Shown in pieces: positions 15,339 through 22,863 of a stretch of DNA of 64,000 nucleotides. A program made the position numbers and the translations under genes. Below the pieces are notes generated by a model. The model worked only from the letters and a program-made list of their open reading frames with translations. It was not told the DNA's origin and searched no databases. The stretch lies in contig JAZOWI010000023.1 of NCBI GenBank assembly GCA_045659145.1, positions 3,669 through 67,668 of the forward strand, in the 5' to 3' direction. This DNA comes from Acutalibacteraceae bacterium (GTDB lineage Bacteria; Bacillota; Clostridia; Oscillospirales; Acutalibacteraceae). Each line of letters begins with the position of its first letter. Within the stretch, counting starts at the first letter, position 1.

Positions 15339-16259
15339 ATGAAAACACCGGTTATTCCATCGTTTTTCATTTCTGCTGAACAAGAATATCAATATCGAAT
15401 GACGCACCCCTTCTGCCTGGCTATTGACGAGCGGATCGTAGACGAGAGGTGGCCCAGCCGTGAGCTCCATTGGCACGATTATTTCGAAATTGAGATCATC
15501 CTGAGCGGCACCGGCACCCATCTTTTCAACGACACCCGTTTTCCTCTGTCTGTCGGTTGCGCCTATTTGCTCACCCCTATGGATATACACGCGTTGGTGC
15601 CGGATCCCGGCTCCAAGTGCCATCTGATCCATCTGCGGTTTGATGAACAGGCGATCACCGAGGATGTGCGTCAGATATTGCTGCAACACGATCATTCTCA
15701 CTCGGTCAAATTGAACGAGGAGCATTTCACCCGTTTGCTCGCTCAACTCACCGAGCTGCTCCATTGTTTTGAGACGGATTCGGATCTGCAGGAGATGAGT
15801 ATCCGACTGATGCTCTCCTATTTGTGTCTCCATATTCTCAAAACCAGCGGGCGGAACCATCACCCCCTTCCCAGCTACGAGGTAAACAACCCCGTAGTAC
15901 AACAGACCCTTCAATACATACTCTACAATTTCCGCAAAAAAATCACCATGCAGGAGTTGGGTGAAAAGGCACACGTCTCCCCCAATCACTTGGCATTACT
16001 TTTCAAGCAATCTACCGGCACCACCTGTATGCAAATGATTGCTGATCTGCGGATGCAATACGCGCTCAAATTGTTGGAAAACCCCACCCTCAGCATCGAA
16101 ACCATCTCGGAGCAATCAGGCTTTTCTGCCGTCTCCTACTTCATTTCGGTATTCCGAAAACGGTATAACATCACTCCTAAGGAATATCAAAACAAGCGCA
16201 AAAAGGAAAAGAAAGATCAAGAAACCAATTTTGAGATTGCTCCCGAATACAACCTTTAA
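15339..16259 (+). CDS. AraC-family transcriptional regulator (cupin sensor plus HTH_18)
   Basis: N-terminal cupin-like region (HWHDYFEIEIILSG). The C-terminal double HTH (ELGEKAHVSPNHLALLFKQSTG ... ISEQSGFSAVSYFISVFRKRYNITPKEY) is typical of AraC/XylS. Confidence 0.9.
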   Translation: MKTPVIPSFFISAEQEYQYRMTHPFCLAIDERIVDERWPSRELHWHDYFEIEIILSGTGTHLFNDTRFPLSVGCAYLLTPMDIHALVPDPGSKCHLIHLRFDEQAITEDVRQILLQHDHSHSVKLNEEHFTRLLAQLTELLHCFETDSDLQEMSIRLMLSYLCLHILKTSGRNHHPLPSYEVNNPVVQQTLQYILYNFRKKITMQELGEKAHVSPNHLALLFKQSTGTTCMQMIADLRMQYALKLLENPTLSIETISEQSGFSAVSYFISVFRKRYNITPKEYQNKRKKEKKDQETNFEIAPEYNL

Positions 16260-16266
16260 ACAAAGC

Positions 16267-16312
16267 AACGGGCCGCCCTGTCCATTAAGACAGGGCGGCC
16301 CGTTTTCTGTTT
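16267..16312 (+). terminator. Intrinsic terminator after the AraC gene
   Basis: AACGGGCCGCCCTG (16267-16280) / CAGGGCGGCCCGTT (16291-16304) followed by TTCTGTTTTC. Confidence 0.8.
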
Positions 16313-16315
16313 TCT

Positions 16316-16350
16316 AAAATGAAGGGCGGCAGGGAACATCCCTGCCGCCC
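16316..16350 (-). terminator. Intrinsic terminator after the 16382-20734 gene
   Basis: GGGCGGCAGGG (16324-16334) / CCCTGCCGCCC (16340-16350). The minus strand continues TTCATTTT. Confidence 0.7.
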
Positions 16351-16381
16351 AATTAAGTGTTGCTAGAAACGCCGATTGATC

Positions 16382-19300
16382 TTACGGATTGGTGCAGACG
16401 CCGGAGGCGTTGAAATAATAGGTCTGGCCTTGCCACTTCACAGAAGTGTTGGCAACCATATAGCCATTACCATCCATATAGTACCACTCGCCGCCGTACT
16501 TGACCCAATCATTGATGGTCATACGGCCGTTCTCATCCAGATAGCACCAGCCCACAGAATCTTTCTTCCAACTGTTGGTGACACAGTAACCGCTATTGTC
16601 CACATAGCACCAACCCTTGGAATCCTTGACCCACTTGTTGGTAGCCATACGGCCGCTGGCATCCAGATAGACCCAACCCTTAGAATCCTTCTTCCAGGTG
16701 TTGGTGACGCAGTAACCGTCAGCACCCACATAGCACCAGCCCACAGAATCCTTGACCCAGGCATTGGTGGCCATCTTACCGTTGGAGCCCAAATAGCACC
16801 AGCCCACAGAATCCTTCTTCCAGGTGTTGGAAACCATGTAGCCGTTGGCATCCAGGTAGTACCAACCGGTGCCATCATTGACCCAGTTGTTCTTCACCAT
16901 AGAACCGCTGCCATTCAGGTAGCACCAGCCCTTGGAATCCTTCTTCCAGGTGTTGGTGACCGCATAGCCGTCGGCACCCACATAGCACCAGCCAATAGAA
17001 TCCATGACCCACTTGTTGGTAACCATGGCACCGTTGGAGCCCAGGTAGCACCAGCCCTTGGAATCCTTGACCCACTTGCTGGCGACCATGTAGCCATTGG
17101 CATCGATGTAGTACCAAGAACCGTCCTTGATCCACTTCGCCTTGACCTGCTTGCCGTTCTCATAGTAAGTCCACTTGGAACCATCCTTGATCCAGCCATC
17201 TTCGACGGGAGGCTCAATGTAATCGTCCACAACTTCCTTACCGTCCTCGGTCTTGAACAGGCGCATATTGTCGATCAGAGCAGAACCGCCCAGATCGCAG
17301 ATACCAATACCCAGAGTGTCGTATACATCCGTGTTGAGGTTGAACACCAGAGTGAACCACTCATCGCCATAGTCTTCCTTACTGAAAGAAATCTCAATAA
17401 AGTTGATGTTGTGGCGAATCTTGCCATCCATCAGAGCCAGTTTACCCGCACCGCTCTCCAGGATCTTAACATCCACAGAGAAGGTGTAATCGGTATTGGG
17501 CTCCACATCCAACCAGTTGATGTAGTAGTAACCCACAGGGTTCTTGCTGGCGGTGTACTTCAGGGAGTTGCCATACTCATACTCGTTCTTGGCAATGTCA
17601 ATCATGCCCAGACCGAAGCCATTGCCATCCTTCCAGAAGTCCAGAGAACCAGTAGAGAAGGTGGGATCCACGATCAGGTTGTCCTTATCGTCGGCACCGT
17701 TGAACTCAACGCTGTCAAAGTCAACGCTGATGTTGCCGGCCATATTCTCGGAAACAAACTTCTTGCCATCGCCGTTCTTGAACAGAGCGATGTCATCCAC
17801 CCACATCTGAGAGTAGCTACCGGACAGAGCGATGCCAACCTTGGTGCTGGAACCGCTGTTGAACACGATGCTGCGCAGGTGCCACTCGTTATCCCACGCG
17901 GTGGGAACCAACTGACGCTTGTTGGTGCTGAACAAGAACTCGCTGAAGGTGAGATACTTGTTGTTGTCGGGGTTCACAATACCGATGGTCGCATCGTAGC
18001 GGTTATCATCAGAGATGAAAGCACCCTTCAACCAAGCAGAGAAGACGTAATCCGTCTCGGGCTCAACATCCACGTAGATCACGTGCTTCTGCGTATCCTC
18101 AACACCGGAGGTGTTGAAGTACAGACTCTTGGAGCCGGCGGGAGCAGTGGAATCGTCCACGATCTGCACGGTGTCGCACAGGAAATCATCCAGACCCTCA
18201 GCAGACTCGAAGCTACCGTTGGTCAGCAGATTCTTGTCAGCGGTCATGGGACGGTTGTTCACCGTGCCAAAGGACAGCATCGTCATGGGAATCACGGGCT
18301 CCTCAGGCTCAGAGATCTCAGGCTCAGTGCCCTTGACATACAGACCGATGTCATCCACCAGCATGATGCCGGGAGTGGTGCTGTCGGGACCGAATTTGAG
18401 CATCAGCTCTTCGATCTCGCCGGAGTTGAACTCAATACGCTGCTCAGTCCAGTTAGCATTAGCATGACCGAAGGTGTATTCACCGGAGATGATGGTACCG
18501 GTGGACTTATCCAGGTCGCACAGGTTCTTCCAGTCCATAGCCCACAGGCACCAGGGACCATCGCCTTCAACGCGCTTAGACCACCATACCAAAACATACA
18601 CAGTATCCTTCTGGAGTTTCACCTTCTGCATCACGCACTCGGACCACTGAGCGTCATTGGCCTCCAGCACCATGGAGTTGGTGCCGGTGTGAGCGTCGTT
18701 GGTCTCCAGAACACAGGTATCCTTCTTTACATCCCAGCTCTCGGTGCCCTTCTCGAAGCTGCCGTTCTTCACCAGGTTGTCACCATCCTCGTTGGGGATG
18801 TCGGACTTCTTCATAAAGACGACCTCATCCACCGCAAAGCTAGTGACACTAGCCTCCATCTGGAAGTACAGATCGATGACCTCATAGTCACCGGTATTGA
18901 ACTCCAGAACCTGATGTACCCAATCATTGTGGGTCTGATTAAACCAATACTGACCACTGGTCAGCGGAACATTATCATTACCGCTCTTAACATACAGGTT
19001 CCAGGCAGCCGTGCTGTTATCAAGACGCATATTCCAGAAGCTGATCACATAATCAGTGTTCTTCTCCACCTTAAAGCCGGTCTGCTTAGCGCCGCAGCCC
19101 CACTGGGCGGTGTGTTCCAGAATCAGAGCGTACTGGCCCTCTTTGACATACTCAGGATCATTGGTAATGGCAGAGGGAGCGGCAACGCTCCAAGCATCGC
19201 CGTTACCGGACTCAAAGCCGCCGTCCACGATCAAATTCTTGTCGGCAGGATCACCGGGCTCGTCGCCGGCAGCGGTGTCAACAATGACGAAATCGTCAAC

Positions 19301-20734
19301 ATACGCATCCTCGGCAATCTTGTTGCCGCCGCCGCAGAAGTTCACAAAGATGCTCTCAGCGGAAGCCACAAAAGTGTACTCAATCTTAGTCCACTCGCCG
19401 GCCTTGTTCTTGTCGTACCAGCCGCCGCAGCCCTCGATGCTGTTCTGATCACTGGGTTTCAGCTTCACCTGCACATTAACACCGTTGTTGTTAACCTTCA
19501 GCATAAAGGACAACTTATACTCGTTACCAACCGTCAGGCCGGTGATGGTCTGGTCCAGCATACCGCCCCAGCTACCATCACCAATCAGGTTGGCGCCGTA
19601 CTCACCGTTGTAGGAAGCCTCATCGGAGATCACGGTGTTCTGCCAGGCCTCCCAACCGGTGATATCGCCGGTCTCGAAGTCGCCGTTGACAAAACCAAAG
19701 GCAGGCTCCTCGGGCTCTTCGCCGCCAACCTCAACCACCTTGAAGTCATCAATGTAATAGTTAGCATTACAGTTGATAAACATCATGGACAGGAAACCGT
19801 CCTTCGAAGGAGTCACCTCATGAGAATACTCCTTCCAACTATCGCTCAGACGGGGCCAAGTGGTCTCCAGCAAGAGCTCCAGTTTGGAACCGTGATTCGC
19901 ATTACCATAGTTGGTCATGCTGATAGCGATAGCCGAACCACTCGCTGTACCGGGCAGATACTTTGCCTGGTAGGACACGATATAGGTCTTACCAGCCTGT
20001 ACGGGCACCGTGGGAGACTCAGCCGTGTTTTTATAGTCCTCGTAGGCAGTACCCTGCACAACAAAGGCATAATTGCCGTTGGCTGCATCCTCATCCGTGA
20101 TGCCGGTGCCGCCGTCGCCCGACACCTTCCAACCATCCGCATTGCCATCCTCAAAGGTGTCCACAAAGGGACCGGCGGGAACTTCAGGCTCAGATATGTC
20201 AGACTTCTTCATGAAGACGACCTCGTCCACTGCGAAGGATGCGGGTTTAGCCTCTTTCTGGAAGAACAGGTCGATGACCTCATAGTTGCCGGAGTTGAAC
20301 TCCAGAACCTGATGCACCCAATCGGTGTGGGTCTGGTTAAACCACTGCTGACCGCTGGTCAGCGTCATGTTGGTATTGCCGCTCTTGATATACAGGTTCC
20401 AAGCGCCGTCGCCGGAGATGCGCTTATTCCAGAAGCCCACCACATAATCGGTGTTGGGCTCGACCGCAAAGCCGGTCTGCTTAGCGCCGCAACCCCACTC
20501 AGCGGTGTGGTCCAGAATCAGAGCATACTGACCTTCCTTGACATAGTCAGCATTGTCGGTGATGGCAGAGGGAGCCTCAACGCTCCAAGCCTCGCCGTTG
20601 CCGGACTCGAAGCCGCCGTCGACGATCATATTTTTGTCGTCCGCAGAAGCAACCAAAGTGCCCAAAGGCAGAACCGTCAGCATCATCGCCACGGCCGCCA
20701 GGAGGGCTAATACTTTACGAATATTCTTTTTCAT
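16382..20734 (-). CDS. 1450-aa secreted protein: signal peptide, about 7 CBM4/9-like modules (including the conserved tandem pair), C-terminal cell-wall-binding (CW_binding_1-type) repeats
   Basis: Signal peptide MKKNIRKVLALLAAVAMMLTVLPLGTLVASA. Repeated (N/D)G(G/S)FE.G motifs. The C-terminal ~275 aa consist of ~21-aa repeats W(V/K)KDS.GWCY(L/V)...G.M.TN. AGGAGG RBS. Confidence 0.85.
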   Translation of the reverse strand: MKKNIRKVLALLAAVAMMLTVLPLGTLVASADDKNMIVDGGFESGNGEAWSVEAPSAITDNADYVKEGQYALILDHTAEWGCGAKQTGFAVEPNTDYVVGFWNKRISGDGAWNLYIKSGNTNMTLTSGQQWFNQTHTDWVHQVLEFNSGNYEVIDLFFQKEAKPASFAVDEVVFMKKSDISEPEVPAGPFVDTFEDGNADGWKVSGDGGTGITDEDAANGNYAFVVQGTAYEDYKNTAESPTVPVQAGKTYIVSYQAKYLPGTASGSAIAISMTNYGNANHGSKLELLLETTWPRLSDSWKEYSHEVTPSKDGFLSMMFINCNANYYIDDFKVVEVGGEEPEEPAFGFVNGDFETGDITGWEAWQNTVISDEASYNGEYGANLIGDGSWGGMLDQTITGLTVGNEYKLSFMLKVNNNGVNVQVKLKPSDQNSIEGCGGWYDKNKAGEWTKIEYTFVASAESIFVNFCGGGNKIAEDAYVDDFVIVDTAAGDEPGDPADKNLIVDGGFESGNGDAWSVAAPSAITNDPEYVKEGQYALILEHTAQWGCGAKQTGFKVEKNTDYVISFWNMRLDNSTAAWNLYVKSGNDNVPLTSGQYWFNQTHNDWVHQVLEFNTGDYEVIDLYFQMEASVTSFAVDEVVFMKKSDIPNEDGDNLVKNGSFEKGTESWDVKKDTCVLETNDAHTGTNSMVLEANDAQWSECVMQKVKLQKDTVYVLVWWSKRVEGDGPWCLWAMDWKNLCDLDKSTGTIISGEYTFGHANANWTEQRIEFNSGEIEELMLKFGPDSTTPGIMLVDDIGLYVKGTEPEISEPEEPVIPMTMLSFGTVNNRPMTADKNLLTNGSFESAEGLDDFLCDTVQIVDDSTAPAGSKSLYFNTSGVEDTQKHVIYVDVEPETDYVFSAWLKGAFISDDNRYDATIGIVNPDNNKYLTFSEFLFSTNKRQLVPTAWDNEWHLRSIVFNSGSSTKVGIALSGSYSQMWVDDIALFKNGDGKKFVSENMAGNISVDFDSVEFNGADDKDNLIVDPTFSTGSLDFWKDGNGFGLGMIDIAKNEYEYGNSLKYTASKNPVGYYYINWLDVEPNTDYTFSVDVKILESGAGKLALMDGKIRHNINFIEISFSKEDYGDEWFTLVFNLNTDVYDTLGIGICDLGGSALIDNMRLFKTEDGKEVVDDYIEPPVEDGWIKDGSKWTYYENGKQVKAKWIKDGSWYYIDANGYMVASKWVKDSKGWCYLGSNGAMVTNKWVMDSIGWCYVGADGYAVTNTWKKDSKGWCYLNGSGSMVKNNWVNDGTGWYYLDANGYMVSNTWKKDSVGWCYLGSNGKMATNAWVKDSVGWCYVGADGYCVTNTWKKDSKGWVYLDASGRMATNKWVKDSKGWCYVDNSGYCVTNSWKKDSVGWCYLDENGRMTINDWVKYGGEWYYMDGNGYMVANTSVKWQGQTYYFNASGVCTNP

Positions 20735-20749
20735 AAATGATTCCCCTCC

Positions 20750-22750
20750 TTATCTCACTTCGTACAGACCGATGTCATCAACGTAGAAGTCAGAATCCTT
20801 GATAACACGGAAGTCAATACCGAGCTTATCAGTCTCACCGGTACGAACGGTAATCACATCCTCGTGCCACTCGCCGTCCTGCTTAGCATTCAGATACTTA
20901 GCCGCAGGCTCAGCATCATAGATGGAGCCGTCACCGGTACCCTTGCCGTTAGCATCCAGAGTACGGATGAAGCAGTAGGCAGAAGGACATACGCCGATGT
21001 TCTTGTACTTGTAGGAGATCTTGTAGTTGGTATTGGGCTTAACGGTGATGCCGGGCTGGTTGAAGCCGAACCACTCGCTGCCGTTGTACCAATAACGGAT
21101 CACATACTCGCCATCGGGAGCATCGTCGATCTTCAAGACCTCACGACGATACTTGGAGTTGTCAGGATTCTCCGCATCCTGCTCACCCCAGTCTTCCCAA
21201 CCGGTCATATCGCCGGTCTCGAAGCTGCCGTTGGTCACCAGGTTCACGGGAGGCCCAAGGATCTCCATCTCGTTGTTAGGCTCAGACTCAGCAACGTTGC
21301 CGTCGGAGTCACGGACGATGATCTTATACATTACGGTGCCGCCATCGGTCCAGTTGGCAATGAACTCATCGTTGTAATTGCCCTTACCGTTGGTAGCATA
21401 TTCCATGGGATCTACGTTGTCCAGAACCTTCTCCCAAGTCTTACCGCTGTCCATGGAACGGAGCAGATCCATCTCAGTAGCCTGACGGGAAGGAATCCAA
21501 GTAACCGCACCGGAACCGGTGTTAGCAAACAAGATCGCCTTATCCAGAATGATCTCCTCGCCACGATGCAGAGCGCGATACTCGTCGATATAATAACGCA
21601 GAGTGAAAGCACCGGCACGGAAATCGCTGGTGGACTTAGCATCGGAAGCCAGCAGGCTATAATTGGTACCATAGGTGTTAGGCTGCCAGCACCACATCAT
21701 CCAACCGGTATAACCGGCAGCGATCAGGTTGTCATGGAACTGGATCATCTTGATGGTCCAGACCTCGTCCTCGACAGCGCCGTCGCCCAGACCCCACTCG
21801 GTCATAATAACAGGGTTGGAGGTCTTCAAAGACTCTACGCTGGGAACATTACAGGTAGAAGAATAGTTGTTAATACCCATGAAATCAAAGCCCTTATCCA
21901 GGTTGCGATAAATGGACATATCCTTCATGTTGGCGCAGTTGGTGCGAGCCACATCCGGCAGCACCTCAGCAACAACGTTGGTAACCGCATTCATGAAGTA
22001 CAGCATATCATCCTGATTAACGCCATACAGAACGCGACCGCCTTCAAAGTTGTTACCAATAGCGGAATCGTTCATCTCGTTCTCCAGCTCAACGCCGGTA
22101 GCAACCATCACAACAACGTCGGGATACTCAGCCAGAACCTCACAAACAGGCTTGGCAAATTTCTCGGCATAGTTATCCGCAACCTCAGGACGGCAGTACG
22201 CCTGAGCCACCATATCCCACAGCAGCTTACCATCCTTGAACAAATCGTTGGCTGCGGAGGTGTGGAAACAGATGGACCACAGAACGGGCATTTCCACTTC
22301 GCGGCAGATGTCCAGAAGCTTACGGATATTCTCCAGATAGTCCTCCTTAACACCCAACACGTCGCCGTTGTCATCATAGATGACACCCTCGCCGAAGGGA
22401 GAACCCTCATAACCCAGGACGTTGAAGCCCAGAGCCTTCAGGTTGTAGATCTCGCGGTAGATATTGGCTGCGCCGTACTGGTCAAAACCAGCCGCCGCAA
22501 AGCTGTTGCCGATAATCTTGACGCCGAGATCGTTACCGGTCAAACCGTGACCGAGGTTCTCGTGTTTGAACCAAGGGTACCAGATACCCTCAATGTAACC
22601 GTCGCGATCGATGATCTCTTCCACAGTGGTCACATCGTCACGCCACGGAAGGGTCGTGCCACCGGAAACCATCATGGTGCCAAAGACGCTCAACAGCATC
22701 GCAACAGCACACAGGACCGGCAACAGAACCTTCATGTTGGTTCTACGCAT
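20750..22750 (-). CDS. Secreted putative glycoside hydrolase, clan GH-A-like TIM barrel of unassigned family (paralogue P1), plus Fn3-like/Asp-box module and 1 CBM-like module
   Basis: Signal peptide. Conserved N-terminal EEIIDRDGYIEGIWYPWFKH. Candidate acid/base in VELENEMND and nucleophile in VIMTEWGLGD (the NE...E pattern of clan GH-A). Asp-box SMDSGKTW. C-terminal NGSFETGDMTGW module. Confidence 0.65.
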   Translation of the reverse strand: MRRTNMKVLLPVLCAVAMLLSVFGTMMVSGGTTLPWRDDVTTVEEIIDRDGYIEGIWYPWFKHENLGHGLTGNDLGVKIIGNSFAAAGFDQYGAANIYREIYNLKALGFNVLGYEGSPFGEGVIYDDNGDVLGVKEDYLENIRKLLDICREVEMPVLWSICFHTSAANDLFKDGKLLWDMVAQAYCRPEVADNYAEKFAKPVCEVLAEYPDVVVMVATGVELENEMNDSAIGNNFEGGRVLYGVNQDDMLYFMNAVTNVVAEVLPDVARTNCANMKDMSIYRNLDKGFDFMGINNYSSTCNVPSVESLKTSNPVIMTEWGLGDGAVEDEVWTIKMIQFHDNLIAAGYTGWMMWCWQPNTYGTNYSLLASDAKSTSDFRAGAFTLRYYIDEYRALHRGEEIILDKAILFANTGSGAVTWIPSRQATEMDLLRSMDSGKTWEKVLDNVDPMEYATNGKGNYNDEFIANWTDGGTVMYKIIVRDSDGNVAESEPNNEMEILGPPVNLVTNGSFETGDMTGWEDWGEQDAENPDNSKYRREVLKIDDAPDGEYVIRYWYNGSEWFGFNQPGITVKPNTNYKISYKYKNIGVCPSAYCFIRTLDANGKGTGDGSIYDAEPAAKYLNAKQDGEWHEDVITVRTGETDKLGIDFRVIKDSDFYVDDIGLYEVR

Positions 22751-22785
22751 AGTTCTTTCTTCCTTTCTGAAAATTATTTTATCTT

Positions 22786-22830
22786 AAACGGGGCTCCGAC
22801 TCCATAGCTCCGTGACCGGAGCCCCGTTTA
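22786..22830 (-). terminator. Inter-cistronic hairpin (attenuator/terminator-like) between SBP1 and GH-A paralogue P1
   Basis: TAAACGGGGCTCCG (22786-22799) / CGGAGCCCCGTTTA (22817-22830) with a 17-nt loop. Homologous hairpins follow each SBP gene. Confidence 0.5.
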
Positions 22831-22863
22831 ATTCAAGGAAAGATATAAAGGGAATGCGCGAAA

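Noticed and set aside
16376-20710. 1444-aa plus-strand ORF, nearly as long as the annotated minus-strand gene
   Set aside because: It is in exact codon register opposite a gene with a signal peptide, CBM modules and cell-wall repeats. It stays open only because the sense gene lacks TTA/CTA/TCA codons. Its product is G/L/V/H/I-rich junk with no RBS context or recognisable domain.
20864-22807. 647-aa plus-strand ORF. Similar ones occur at 30771-32018, 34870-36501, 41798-43354, 43848-45269, 49190-50545 and 50996-51931.
   Set aside because: All lie opposite well-supported minus-strand genes and have shadow-ORF composition. None has a plausible RBS or start context.
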